Of a stretch of DNA of 49,242 nt, positions 27,519-37,527 are shown in pieces. This DNA comes from an uncultured Omnitrophica bacterium. GTDB lineage: Bacteria > Omnitrophota > Gorgyraeia > JACQQV01. The stretch covers positions 1-49,242 of the forward strand of contig CAMTXH010000004.1 in assembly GCA_947085655.1 (NCBI GenBank), written 5' to 3'. The position numbers and the translations under genes were made by a program. Under the pieces are notes generated by a model that was not told the origin of the DNA, made no database searches, and worked only from the letters and a program-made list of their open reading frames with translations. How positions within the stretch are numbered: position 1 is the stretch's first letter; every line of letters begins with the position of its first letter.

Positions 27519-29201
27519 TTAACAGACCGCTCCGAGCGACGCAGATGACACGAGCCGCGCGTACTTGGCCATCACCCCGGTTGTGTAGCGGGGTGGAGGC
27601 GGTTTCCAACCCTTGAGCCGATTTTTGAGCTCTTGGTCCGAAAGTTCCACCTGAAGCTTCCGCTTGGCCACATCAAAGACGATCGTATCCCCTTCCCGTA
27701 GGGCTGCAATCGGCCCTCCCACAGCCGCCTCCGGCGCCACATGTCCCGCCATCAGGCCGTGCGTGGCGCCGGAGAAACGTCCGTCGGTGAGGAGCGCCAC
27801 AGACTCGCCGAGCCCTTCTCCAACGAGCGCAGCAGTCACCCCGAGCATCTCACGCATCCCTGGGCCTCCTTTTGGTCCTTCATAGCGGATCACCACCACG
27901 TCGCCCTTTTTAATTTTTTTCTGGCGGACTGCGACGAATGCATCCTCCTCACAGTCAAATACCCGAGCAGGACCCTGGTGGGAAAGATGTTTGATATGCG
28001 CAATCTTCACCACACAACCCTCCGGCGCAAGGTTTCCCCTCAAGATCGCAAGCCCCCCGTTCGGCTGAATCGGTTTGGAAAGTGGACGGATGACCGCCTG
28101 TCCTTTTGTCTCTTTTGCTTTTTTGGCCTCTTCTCCGATGGTCCGGCCAGTCACGGTCATCTCGTTGGGGTTTAAAATACCCGCCTCAAGGAGGCGGCTT
28201 GCAATCACCGGAATCCCTCCGGCGCGGTAGGTATCATTGGCCACAAAACGGCCGGCCGGCTTCAGGTCCGCCAAAAGCGGTGTTTTTGCGCTGATTTTGT
28301 CAAAGTCATCGATGGAAAGAGAAATTTTCGCCTCAGTTGCAATCGCTAAAAGATGGAGCACTGCATTCGTCGAGCCGCCGGTCACGGCAACGGAAGCAAT
28401 CGCATTTTCGATCGATTTCCGCGTCACGATTTTTTTTGGACGGAGATCTTTCTTGAGAAGTTCCATCACAAGTCGCCCCGTCTCAAATGCAACACGATCT
28501 TTTTCCTTATTCATCGCCGGAACGCCGTTAAATCCCATCGGTGAAATTCCGAGGATCTCAAAGACGGTCGCCATCGTGTTTGCGGTAAACTGCCCGCCGC
28601 AGGCCCCGGGTCCGGGACAGGCATGGTCTTCCAATGTTTTCAATTCTTTTTCCGTCATCTTCCCGGCATCGCATTTCCCGATTCCTTCATATACATCCTG
28701 GATGGTAACATCCTTTCCGGCATATTTTCCGGGATCAATGGTCCCTCCATAGAGCATCACAGAGGGAAGGTCAAGGCGGATGAGTCCCATCACCGTCCCG
28801 GGAATCGTTTTGTCGCATCCCGAAAGGGCCACCACCGCATCAAACAGATGCCCCCGCGCCACCAATTCCACAGAGTCTGCCACCAGTTCCCGGCTCACCA
28901 GGGAACATTTCATCCCCTCGGTCCCCATCGCAATCCCGTCAGAAACAGCGACGGTATTGAATTCAATCGGTGTGCCGCCTGCGGCACGGATTCCTTCCTT
29001 CACCTTCTCGGAAAGCCGCCGGAGGTGATAATTACACGGCATCACCTCGATCCAGGTATTCGCAACGCCGATGAGCGGTTTCGAGATGTCCTCATCCTTG
29101 AACCCGACCGCCTTCAGCATCGCCCGGGCTCCGGCCCGGGAAAGTCCCTCGGTCAAAGCGGCGCTTTTATGCTTTAAGTTGGAGCTCTTTTTTGAAGACA
29201 T
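27519..29201 (-). CDS. ilvD: Dihydroxy-acid dehydratase
   Basis: [39 protein letters not shown]. Confidence 0.97.
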   Translation of the reverse strand: MSSKKSSNLKHKSAALTEGLSRAGARAMLKAVGFKDEDISKPLIGVANTWIEVMPCNYHLRRLSEKVKEGIRAAGGTPIEFNTVAVSDGIAMGTEGMKCSLVSRELVADSVELVARGHLFDAVVALSGCDKTIPGTVMGLIRLDLPSVMLYGGTIDPGKYAGKDVTIQDVYEGIGKCDAGKMTEKELKTLEDHACPGPGACGGQFTANTMATVFEILGISPMGFNGVPAMNKEKDRVAFETGRLVMELLKKDLRPKKIVTRKSIENAIASVAVTGGSTNAVLHLLAIATEAKISLSIDDFDKISAKTPLLADLKPAGRFVANDTYRAGGIPVIASRLLEAGILNPNEMTVTGRTIGEEAKKAKETKGQAVIRPLSKPIQPNGGLAILRGNLAPEGCVVKIAHIKHLSHQGPARVFDCEEDAFVAVRQKKIKKGDVVVIRYEGPKGGPGMREMLGVTAALVGEGLGESVALLTDGRFSGATHGLMAGHVAPEAAVGGPIAALREGDTIVFDVAKRKLQVELSDQELKNRLKGWKPPPPRYTTGVMAKYARLVSSASLGAVC

Positions 29202-30018
29202 GGTCAGGGATGACTCCTTGAGGAATCAGTTTCTTTTCTTCGGCTTTCCGAAAGAGAAGTGCGATCGCTTCTTTTCCCCGATCGCCGTAATCGAGGGTGT
29301 CCTGATTGACATACATGCCGATAAAGCAAACCGCTTTGTTTTTTTCGATGCCCCGTCCGAAAGGAAGGGCGTATTGAACCGCCTCCTCGCGGTGGGTCAG
29401 ACTGTATTCGATGCTTCTCCGGAAGAGATGATCGAACGATTCGGCGATTTCATCGGGAATATCCTTCCGGATCGCATCCACCCCCAAAGGAAGCGGAAGC
29501 CTGGTCTTTTCCTTCCACCACTCCCCTAGATCGACGATCTTTTTGAGGCCCAAATCGGAATAGGTGATTTGTCGTTCGTGGATGAGAAGACCTGCATCCA
29601 CTTTTCCGGACTGAATTGCAGGAATGATCTGATCAAAGGGAAGAAATTCTTCGATGAATCCTTCACCAAAAAGTTTTAAGACGAGATACGCGGTTGTGAA
29701 CCTCCCGGGTATTGCAATTTTTTTACCATGAAGAACATCACCCGAAAAAAATTCCCTCGAAACCAACACAGGGCCGTAGCCGTCGCCGATACTGGCGCCG
29801 GAAGTGAGAAGCCGGTATTTGTCGGCGCAAAAGGCATAGGCATGGACGGAAAGTGCCGTCACTTCCAGCTCGCCCTTCATCGCGCGCTGGTTCAGTTTCT
29901 CGATTTCCTCAACGACATGTTCGATCATGAAAGGGTCGGTCCAGATTTTTCCCTTTGCAATCGCATAAAACATGAAGGCATCGTCAGGATCGGGGCTATG
30001 TCCAAATCGGATTCTCAC
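29167..30018 (-). CDS. mqnD: 1,4-dihydroxy-6-naphthoate synthase (futalosine menaquinone pathway)
   Basis: [26 protein letters not shown]...LPLPLG, YVN. Confidence 0.9.
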   Translation of the reverse strand: MRIRFGHSPDPDDAFMFYAIAKGKIWTDPFMIEHVVEEIEKLNQRAMKGELEVTALSVHAYAFCADKYRLLTSGASIGDGYGPVLVSREFFSGDVLHGKKIAIPGRFTTAYLVLKLFGEGFIEEFLPFDQIIPAIQSGKVDAGLLIHERQITYSDLGLKKIVDLGEWWKEKTRLPLPLGVDAIRKDIPDEIAESFDHLFRRSIEYSLTHREEAVQYALPFGRGIEKNKAVCFIGMYVNQDTLDYGDRGKEAIALLFRKAEEKKLIPQGVIPDHVFKKELQLKA

Positions 30019-30716
30019 GGCCTTCCCTTCAAAATCGCTTTCTTGACCTCCCCGATCGCCCGGGTCACTTCGATCCCGCGCGGACAGGCCTCGGTGCAGT
30101 TAAAAATGGTCCGGCAGCGCCAGACCCCTTGATTGTCGTTTAAAATCTTAAGACGCTCGAGAGCCCCCTGATCGCGACTATCAAAGATAAACCGGTGCGC
30201 CTGGACAATCGAGGCCGGGCCGATGAAACTCGTATTCGGCCAGAAAGAGGGGCACGAAGTGGTGCAGGCGGCGCAGAGGATGCATTTCGTCGTATCGTCG
30301 TACCGCTCCCCCTCCTCCGGGCTTTGGAGCCGCTCTTTCTGGGGCGGGGGGTCGTTGTTGACGAGATACGGAAGAATTTTCCGGTATTTTTCAAAAAAAG
30401 GTCCCATATCCACGACAAGGTCTTTTTTCACGGTAAAGCCCAAAAGCGGCTCCACCGTAATTGGCTCCTTGAGATCTTTAATCAACACTTTGCAGGCCAA
30501 ATAATTCCGTCCGTTAATCCGCATCGCATCCGACCCGCATATCCCGTGGCCGCAGGAGCGCCGGAGCGCCAGTGTCCCGTCATGCTGCCACTTAATGGCA
30601 TGAAGCGCATCCAGTACCCGGTCTGTCGGCTCCGCGTCGACTTCATAGGTCGCAAAGCGAGGTGTATTGTCCTTCTCCGGATTGAATTTTTTAATTCTAA
30701 AGGTAACTTTCATCAC
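30015..30716 (-). CDS. sdhB: Succinate dehydrogenase iron-sulfur subunit
   Basis: SCGHGICGSD, CILCAACTTSCP, CRTIFNCTEACP. Confidence 0.96.
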   Translation of the reverse strand: MMKVTFRIKKFNPEKDNTPRFATYEVDAEPTDRVLDALHAIKWQHDGTLALRRSCGHGICGSDAMRINGRNYLACKVLIKDLKEPITVEPLLGFTVKKDLVVDMGPFFEKYRKILPYLVNNDPPPQKERLQSPEEGERYDDTTKCILCAACTTSCPSFWPNTSFIGPASIVQAHRFIFDSRDQGALERLKILNDNQGVWRCRTIFNCTEACPRGIEVTRAIGEVKKAILKGRP

Positions 30717-30726
30717 TTCAAAAGTG

Positions 30727-30853
30727 TAGACGCTTTACGAAACTAGTTCATATTGAATAAGTTATGGAGAAATACCGGGTCTCACCACTTACAATACTTC
30801 AAAAGAATTTATTTATAACCTAATATAAAATAATAGGTTGCGTAAAGCGTCTA
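30727..30853. mobile_element. MITE-like element, copy 2
   Basis: Same 13-bp terminal IR as 3480-3595 (30727-30739 / 30841-30853); AT-rich core. Confidence 0.75.
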
Positions 30854-30856
30854 CTA

Positions 30857-32602
30857 CTAATATTTTCTTTCCTGAGGTTGAAACCGGGTAATGGTCACCG
30901 GCTTATACTTCAATTCTAACGCATCCTCCCTTCGATAACAAAAGGTATGCTTGAGCCACTCTGCATCGCTCCGTTTCGGGAAGTCCTCACGGAAATGTGC
31001 GCCGCGGCTTTCCCTCCGCGCCAAGGCCCCTGCCACAATCGCCTCCGACAACTCAATAAGGTATCCGAGCTCGAACGCCTCGTAAAGATCGGTGTTATAG
31101 GCATCGCCGGCGTCGGCAATCCGGACATCCCGGAAGCGTTGTTTAAGTTCTTTTAATTTCTCCTGCATCGCCCTCAGACTCGATTCGGTCCGGAAGACGG
31201 AGGCATGGTCCATCATCGCCTTCTGAAGTTCGGTACGGATCGCTCCGGAATTTTCCCTGCTCTTCCCGTTTTTAAGCCGTGTGATCTCTTTTTCGATGAA
31301 TGAAGCGCCGTCGCTCGGCCATTTCGGAAAGTCGGCTCCTTTGGCAAACTGGGCCATGTGCCGTCCTCCGCGCCGCCCGAAAACAATAATGTCGATCAGG
31401 GAGTTTGTCCCCAGCCGGTTTGCCCCGTGGACCGAGACACAGGCGGTCTCTCCGGCCGCATAAAGACCGGGGAGGATAATGTTTTTTTCATCCACCACCC
31501 GGCCTTCCACATCGGTCGGAATCCCCCCCATTGCATAATGGGCGGTCGGCTGGACCGGGATCGGTTCCTTTCTCGGATCAAGGCCGAGGTATGTTTCCAC
31601 AAAGTCGGTGATATCCGGAAGCTTTTTCTCAATCACCTCCTTATCCAGGTGGGTCAAATCCAAATGCACATAGTCTTTCCCGCCGACTCCCCTTCCTTCC
31701 CGGATTTCAAGGAAAATAGCGCGGGAAATCATATCCCGCGGTGCAAGATCCAAGAGGGTCGGGGCGTATCGCTCCATAAAACGCTCCCCTTTGCCGTTTC
31801 GGAGGATCCCCCCTTCCCCCCTCGCCCCTTCCGTAATCAAAATACCCATCTTGTAAATCCCGGTCGGGTGGAATTGGAAAAACTCCATATCCTCAAGCGG
31901 GATCCCTCGCCGGAAGCAGATCCCCATTCCGTCTCCGGTCAGGGTATGGGCATTGGAGGTAATCTGGTACATCTTGCCGCACCCGCCGGTGGCAAATAGC
32001 ACCCCTTTCACATGAAAGGTGTGTATCGCGCCTGTTTCAAGGGAAACGGACACCACTCCTGCGGTCCTTCCTTCGGAGAGAACCAGGTCATACACATGAT
32101 ACTCGTCGAAGAATTCAACCCCCTGTTTGATGCATTGCTGATAAAGGGTCTGGAGAATCATATGGCCGGTCCGGTCCGCGGCATAGCAGGCCCGCTTGAT
32201 GGGGCCCTTGCCGAATTCCTTCGTATGGCCTCCGAAATTCCGTTGGGCAATCCGCCCATCGGGGAGCCGGTTAAACGGAAGGCCCATATGCTCCAGTTCA
32301 TAAATCAGATCGACCGCCTCCCGGCAGAGGATCTCAACTGCATCTTGGTCCGCCAGGTAATCGCTTCCCTTCACCGTATCAAACATGTGCCATTCCCATG
32401 AATCGGGCTCCACATTTCCGAGTGCGGCACAGATCCCTCCCTGGGCGGTTCCGGTATGGGAACGGGTCGGGTAGAGTTTGCTGACCACCGCCACCCGAAC
32501 GCCCGGAATTTTTGAGGCCTCAAGGGCCGCCATGAGCCCCGCCCCGCCGGCGCCCACAATGACCGCATCGTATTGGTGATGGACGATGTCGTTATGGGCC
32601 AT
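30857..32602 (-). CDS. sdhA: Succinate dehydrogenase flavoprotein subunit
   Basis: GAGGAG, RSHTGTAQGG, QFHPTG, HYAMGG, HGANRLG, ESRGAH; start at ATG 32602. Confidence 0.96.
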   Translation of the reverse strand: MAHNDIVHHQYDAVIVGAGGAGLMAALEASKIPGVRVAVVSKLYPTRSHTGTAQGGICAALGNVEPDSWEWHMFDTVKGSDYLADQDAVEILCREAVDLIYELEHMGLPFNRLPDGRIAQRNFGGHTKEFGKGPIKRACYAADRTGHMILQTLYQQCIKQGVEFFDEYHVYDLVLSEGRTAGVVSVSLETGAIHTFHVKGVLFATGGCGKMYQITSNAHTLTGDGMGICFRRGIPLEDMEFFQFHPTGIYKMGILITEGARGEGGILRNGKGERFMERYAPTLLDLAPRDMISRAIFLEIREGRGVGGKDYVHLDLTHLDKEVIEKKLPDITDFVETYLGLDPRKEPIPVQPTAHYAMGGIPTDVEGRVVDEKNIILPGLYAAGETACVSVHGANRLGTNSLIDIIVFGRRGGRHMAQFAKGADFPKWPSDGASFIEKEITRLKNGKSRENSGAIRTELQKAMMDHASVFRTESSLRAMQEKLKELKQRFRDVRIADAGDAYNTDLYEAFELGYLIELSEAIVAGALARRESRGAHFREDFPKRSDAEWLKHTFCYRREDALELKYKPVTITRFQPQERKY

Positions 32603-32981
32603 GGCCGTGAACCGGTTGAAAGACGAGAATGACAATCGTCCCAAGAACCATAAAGAAAACCCCCACAATCCTGAGGACCCAGAGCAAACGGTGATGCCAG
32701 CGTTCCGATCGGACGTAATCATCGATTAAAATCCGGACGCCGTTTAAACCGTGCAGCATCGCCAATAAAAGGAGCGACATATCGTAAAACCGCCAGCCGA
32801 AAAACCGGTAGCGGCCCGCCACAAAATCGTAACTCAACTCCTCAATCGGGTGAACCAGGTGCATGATGGCAAAATGCCCGAGCGCCAGAACTAAAAGCGC
32901 AATCCCCGAAAGCCGCATGAAAAGCCAGCTCCAAAGTTCAAATCCCCCCAAAGGTTTCTCGTGTGAAGAAGCGGCTGACAT
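32592..32981 (-). CDS. sdhD: Succinate dehydrogenase hydrophobic anchor subunit
   Basis: WLFMRLSG..L..LALGH, HGLNGVR..IDDY; operon context. Confidence 0.88.
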   Translation of the reverse strand: MSAASSHEKPLGGFELWSWLFMRLSGIALLVLALGHFAIMHLVHPIEELSYDFVAGRYRFFGWRFYDMSLLLLAMLHGLNGVRILIDDYVRSERWHHRLLWVLRIVGVFFMVLGTIVILVFQPVHGHGP

Positions 32982-32984
32982 GGC

Positions 32985-33332
32985 TTAAAAAAGGGGTTTC
33001 ATCATGATGAAAGAGGCAGGGAAAAAAAGCGCCGCAAACAAAGCCAAAACCGCGTAAAACAAAAGGTGCTGATACCGGTCGAGTCCCGGCCAGAAGTCAA
33101 TCACGCAGATCCGGAGACCGTTTAAGGAATGATAAAGGAGTGCCGCAAGAAGCGCCACCTCCATCGGCCGGAAAAAGGGCTGTTTATAAAGGGCGATCAT
33201 GTGATGATACGCTTCGGGTCCGAAGAGGATGAAGGCCGTGTCCACGATATGGATGAAAAGGAAAAAAAGAACCCCGACGCCGGTGACCCGGTGAAAAATC
33301 CAGGACCACATGCCGGTTCTCCCCTGATACAT
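32985..33332 (-). CDS. sdhC: Succinate dehydrogenase cytochrome b subunit
   Basis: HRVTG, HIVDT, YHSLNGLR; operon context. Confidence 0.9.
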   Translation of the reverse strand: MYQGRTGMWSWIFHRVTGVGVLFFLFIHIVDTAFILFGPEAYHHMIALYKQPFFRPMEVALLAALLYHSLNGLRICVIDFWPGLDRYQHLLFYAVLALFAALFFPASFIMMKPLF

Positions 33333-33334
33333 GG

Positions 33335-33994
33335 TCAGACCCTCCCTCCCGCAGCCGAAGGCTTGGTGATTTCCTTCGGCGTCAAAATGCCGCCCGAGAC
33401 GACGATTTTAACCGCCTCTTCAATCGTCAGGTTTGTTTCCATCGCATCCTCCTCCGGCACATAGACGATGTTGCCGGTGGCCGGATTCGGCGGGTTTGAG
33501 ACCATCACGCTCAAGAGTTTCTTTCCCTCCGGCGAAAGCGTCGATCCTGTGACAAATCCGATTGCGTAAATCCCTTTCCGGGGATACTCCACAAGGATCA
33601 CCCTCTTGAATTTCTGTTTCCCGGGAAAAGAGAGGATTCCCACCGTCTCTTTGATAGTGGCGTAGACATTTTTCACAAGCGGTGCGCGAAGCAAGAGTCC
33701 CTCAAACCATTTTAAAAGCGACCGCCCGAAGACATTCGCGGCAAAAACGCCCAGAACATAAAGCAGAAGAAACGTCAGCACAAACCCGACACCGCCGACG
33801 CGATGGCCAACGATGGATTTCACGACCGGTTGGGAAAGTCCGTCGATATAAAGAAAAAGAAACCGGATGATGTGGTAGGTGGCGTAAAACGGCACCACGA
33901 CCAATACACCGGCAACAATGGTCTTCCAGAGGTGGTTGAACATGTGGCGGAGGACACCGTCCTTTTTCTTTTCCAAAGTTCCCTCCCTCTCCAT
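33335..33994 (-). CDS. DUF502 family membrane protein
   Basis: P.VK.VY, VEYPRKG.YAIGFVT, PNPATG, VSGG; TAATG coupling to the upstream gene. Confidence 0.85.
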   Translation of the reverse strand: MEREGTLEKKKDGVLRHMFNHLWKTIVAGVLVVVPFYATYHIIRFLFLYIDGLSQPVVKSIVGHRVGGVGFVLTFLLLYVLGVFAANVFGRSLLKWFEGLLLRAPLVKNVYATIKETVGILSFPGKQKFKRVILVEYPRKGIYAIGFVTGSTLSPEGKKLLSVMVSNPPNPATGNIVYVPEEDAMETNLTIEEAVKIVVSGGILTPKEITKPSAAGGRV

Positions 33995-35922
33995 TATGGT
34001 TTTCCCTCGGCGCAGACCCAGACGCGACAAGGGGCGTGTCTCAACACATAATCGACGGTGCTTCCCAAGGGAAAAGCGGTTCCGACGGTCCTTTTAATTT
34101 TCCGCCTGCCCTCTATCGCAGAACCGGCGAGGGAAGCCCCCATGATGATCAGGTCAAAGCTCCCGTCCTGGGCTGTCTCGCAGATCGCCTTGCCGGCGGA
34201 GCGGGATTGAAGGACCTGTGTCTTGGCCGGAATCCCGTATTCCCGGCAGATCGCCTGGCAGGCCTCAAGAACCGTGTCCGCCTTGAGCAGCCGGTCCGGA
34301 AAAAAGGTATCCAGCGGTAGTGAAATCGGGATCTCAATCACGTTCAGAATCGTGACGTGGGCATCGTTCGTCTTCGCCACCCCCGCCGCATACTGGATGA
34401 GGTTGAAATTCTCCCCGCGGGTCGGAATAAGGATTTTCCCGATTTTTTGCTCCTTGTATTCGGGAATATCGACCTTCTCAAGTTCAATCCGGCTTGTGGC
34501 GGGAAGCTCCTGCTTTTTTCGATAGAAAACATAAAAAGCAACACCGAGAAACATCCAAATAAACCCGAGGTTCCTTCCGGCGGGTTTCGTAATCACCACG
34601 TCGATCCAGACCGCCACCGTTCCGAGGAATCCGATGATGCCGGTGATCGGGATCCCGAGTTTTCCGATCGGCAGGTTCGGCCTAATCAAAAAATGCCTCG
34701 GGAGATCCGGCTGGCGGATCCGGAGGGCAATCAGCGAAAGATTGGCAAGGGCAAAAGCAAGCATCGCCCCGAAGTTGTAAAGTTCCGCGATAAAGACGAG
34801 TTTCTTGGCCACAAAGACCACGAGGGCCGCCAACACGGAGAAAACAATGAGTGAGATGTAAGGTGTCTTAAACCGCGGATGGAGCGCATAGAGAAATCGC
34901 GGGAGCTGAAAATGCTCTCCCATGGCAAAACAGAGCCGGGATGCGCCCACAAGTCCCGCGTTTGCCGCCACAAAAAGAATCGTGGCACCCAGAATCCCGA
35001 TCCAGGGGCCGAAATACTGGCTCCCAACCGGAAGGGCCACTGCGATCCCGGCGATCGGGTCCTCCAGATAGGTGGTGGAAAGCTCTCTGGGATGAATGGC
35101 GGAAAGGGCCACGGTCGAGATCCCGAAATAAATGACGAAGAGGGTGCCCATTGTCAGGAGCATGGACTGCGGCAGTTTCTTCTTAGCTGCCCGTGCTTCC
35201 CCGCCGAGCTCGGCAATCGATTCAATCCCGATGTAGGCGACCATTGCCATAGAAACCCCTTTGAAAAACTGGGGCCAGGTCGGCGACCAATCCACGTTGG
35301 GAATTCCCACCCGCATGTGATTGATGAGGTGGGGCAGGTTGAAAAGGAAGAAAGCACCGATGCTGATAATGGCAAGTTGCGTCAGGATATCAAAAACACA
35401 GAGGGTTAATGCCACCCGGCTCGATTCCTTAAGCCCGAACACATTGAGCGCTAAAAGGATCCCTAACACCATCAGGGTAAACGGCACATTGCCGTAAGGA
35501 GTCTTGAGAACCGGAAAGAAATAACTCAAATAAGGCCCGACCGTATAGGCGGAGATGGCGATCGTCACAATATAATCCAAAAGGAGGGCCCATCCCGCAA
35601 TAAAGGAGATGAGATCGTTGAAGGCGTGGCGGACATAAATAGCGGACCCTCCCACTTCCGAATAGGCGGAGGACATCTCCGCATAAGAAAGAACGGTGCA
35701 GAAAAAGACGATTCCGGCAAGGGCGAGAGCAAGCGGTGTGGCGCCCAGCGCATAAAGGGTCGTCACCCCCAGTGCATAATAAATGGAGGAACCGACGTCG
35801 CTGTAGCCGATGGCAAAGAGTTCTTTGACGCCGATGACCCGGTGGAGGGTTCCTTTGTCTAAGGTAGGGACCTTTCCGGAAGAGGGCTCAGAGACATCAA
35901 AACTGCGGAATTCTTTTGCCAT
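33994..35922 (-). CDS. APC-family permease with C-terminal universal stress protein domain
   Basis: DVGSSIYYALG, SYAE, YIGIESI, ~12 TM helices; C-terminal DLIIMG...GSTVDYVLRHAPCRV. Confidence 0.9.
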   Translation of the reverse strand: MAKEFRSFDVSEPSSGKVPTLDKGTLHRVIGVKELFAIGYSDVGSSIYYALGVTTLYALGATPLALALAGIVFFCTVLSYAEMSSAYSEVGGSAIYVRHAFNDLISFIAGWALLLDYIVTIAISAYTVGPYLSYFFPVLKTPYGNVPFTLMVLGILLALNVFGLKESSRVALTLCVFDILTQLAIISIGAFFLFNLPHLINHMRVGIPNVDWSPTWPQFFKGVSMAMVAYIGIESIAELGGEARAAKKKLPQSMLLTMGTLFVIYFGISTVALSAIHPRELSTTYLEDPIAGIAVALPVGSQYFGPWIGILGATILFVAANAGLVGASRLCFAMGEHFQLPRFLYALHPRFKTPYISLIVFSVLAALVVFVAKKLVFIAELYNFGAMLAFALANLSLIALRIRQPDLPRHFLIRPNLPIGKLGIPITGIIGFLGTVAVWIDVVITKPAGRNLGFIWMFLGVAFYVFYRKKQELPATSRIELEKVDIPEYKEQKIGKILIPTRGENFNLIQYAAGVAKTNDAHVTILNVIEIPISLPLDTFFPDRLLKADTVLEACQAICREYGIPAKTQVLQSRSAGKAICETAQDGSFDLIIMGASLAGSAIEGRRKIKRTVGTAFPLGSTVDYVLRHAPCRVWVCAEGKP

Positions 35923-35926
35923 CGCC

Positions 35927-36565
35927 TCAGAAGCCCCGCACCATCATGAGAAACCCCTCGAGAGACTGGATCTGAAGAAAGGGGTTGTACGCTTTTTCGT
36001 CTTTAAAGGTGGAAGTCGGACGGTCCGCGTAATTGTGCCCCGGATAAAGAACCGTCTCATCCGGAAGCCGGGAGAGCCGGGCAAGACTATGATACAACTG
36101 CTCCGTATCACCGCCCGGCAGGTCGGTCCTCCCGCAGGCATTGATGAAGAGGGTATCCCCTGAAATCAGTTTCCCCTGGACATGGAAACATTGGGAGCCG
36201 GGGGTATGGCCGGGAGTATGAATCAACTCCGCCTCGATCTGGCCGATTTTGATCCGGTCCCCGCTTGAAGTCGGATGAAGGTTTGATTTGGGAACTTTCA
36301 AAAAAGGGGTCTCCTCCTTCTGGAGATAGACTTTTGCATCGGTCTCGGAGAGGAGTTCATGGAGGACATTCACATGGTCAAAATGGGCATGGCTGACTAG
36401 GATGGAGGTAATCTTCATCCCATCCCGTTTGGCTTCAGCCAGAATTCTCCCGGAATCCCAGCCCGGGTCCACCACCGCCGCCTCTTTTGTCGTGGGACAG
36501 CCGACCAGATAGACAAAATTCTGCATCGGCCCGAGTTCCATCTGCTTGAGATAAAGAGATTCCAT
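35927..36565 (-). CDS. MBL-fold metallo-hydrolase (glyoxalase II-like)
   Basis: SHAHFDH, HTPGHTPGS, SGDTLF, GRTDLPGG, PGH. Confidence 0.92.
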   Translation of the reverse strand: MESLYLKQMELGPMQNFVYLVGCPTTKEAAVVDPGWDSGRILAEAKRDGMKITSILVSHAHFDHVNVLHELLSETDAKVYLQKEETPFLKVPKSNLHPTSSGDRIKIGQIEAELIHTPGHTPGSQCFHVQGKLISGDTLFINACGRTDLPGGDTEQLYHSLARLSRLPDETVLYPGHNYADRPTSTFKDEKAYNPFLQIQSLEGFLMMVRGF

Positions 36566-36571
36566 TGGGTC

Positions 36572-36580
36572 ATTATAGCA
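36572..36580 (-). promoter_or_regulatory. Extended -10 promoter, likely leaderless
   Basis: Minus strand TGcTATAAT, 6 nt before ATG 36565, no SD sequence. Confidence 0.55.
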
Positions 36581-36591
36581 TACAGAAGATG

Positions 36592-36627
36592 AAAGAAAAA
36601 ACCCCTGCCGGGGTAGTACGGCAGGGG
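36592..36627 (-). terminator. Rho-independent terminator after the oxidoreductase operon
   Basis: Minus strand cccctgccg-loop-cggcagggg followed by ttttttcttt. Confidence 0.8.
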
Positions 36628-36648
36628 GGCTTTCTACAGGAGGGGGAT

Positions 36649-37527
36649 TTAAACCAACGCTTCCTTCAATAGTTCAATATCGTCTTTGATCCGGCCGTTG
36701 AAGCCCTGTTTCACCAGAGGGCCCTGCTTCAGGACCGTGACCTGCTCCTCGTAGGTGGGGCGTCCTACCTCCTGATAAATCACGCCGATAGGGATCCTTT
36801 CTTCCCACTCCTGCGCTTTAAGCCAGGCCGCATGCCTATCCTGAGGGTTGTATCCTTTTTCCTCCTCCAGCCGGTAGGTTCTCTGCTTGTACCAGGCGTA
36901 GGTATTTTTCTTGTTGAAGGTGACGCACGGCTGGAGCACATCCACGAGGGCGTATCCTTTATGCTGAATCGCCTTGGCAATCACTTCCGTCATATGCTTG
37001 GGGTCTCCGGCGGAAGTGCGTGAGACAAAGGTGGCGCCGGCCGCAATCGCAAGGGCGATCGGGTTAATGGCAAACTCGATGGTTCCTTCGGGAGAAGTGG
37101 TCGTGATATAGCCGAGGTCGCTTGTCGGCGAATACTGTCCTTTGGTGAGGCCGTAGACCTGATTGTTTTCGGCGATATGCGTAATATCGGGGTTCCGACG
37201 GCAGGTATGGATGAAATGGTTTCCGCCGATGCCGTAGCCGTCCCCGTCGCCCGTGATGGAAATCACGGTATATTCATGATTCGCCAGTTTCAGACCGGTC
37301 GCCACCGGAAGCGCCCGGCCGTGGACACTGTTGAATTCATTCACCCGCATATAATGCGGGAGTTTGCTTCCGCATCCGATCCCGGAGGTCATCACAACTT
37401 GATGCGGTGCAATCCCGAGCTGGACGAGCGCCTCCTTCACCGATTTGAGAATCGGGAAGTCGCCGCAACCGGTGCACCAGGTTGAGGCCTCGATCCCCTG
37501 ATATTCCGAAAGGGAGACGTTAGACAT
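36649..37527 (-). CDS. 2-oxoacid:ferredoxin oxidoreductase beta subunit
   Basis: WCTGCGD, SGIGC, HGR, GDGDG..IG.NH, NNQVYGLTKGQ, PCVTF. Confidence 0.95.
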   Translation of the reverse strand: MSNVSLSEYQGIEASTWCTGCGDFPILKSVKEALVQLGIAPHQVVMTSGIGCGSKLPHYMRVNEFNSVHGRALPVATGLKLANHEYTVISITGDGDGYGIGGNHFIHTCRRNPDITHIAENNQVYGLTKGQYSPTSDLGYITTTSPEGTIEFAINPIALAIAAGATFVSRTSAGDPKHMTEVIAKAIQHKGYALVDVLQPCVTFNKKNTYAWYKQRTYRLEEEKGYNPQDRHAAWLKAQEWEERIPIGVIYQEVGRPTYEEQVTVLKQGPLVKQGFNGRIKDDIELLKEALV

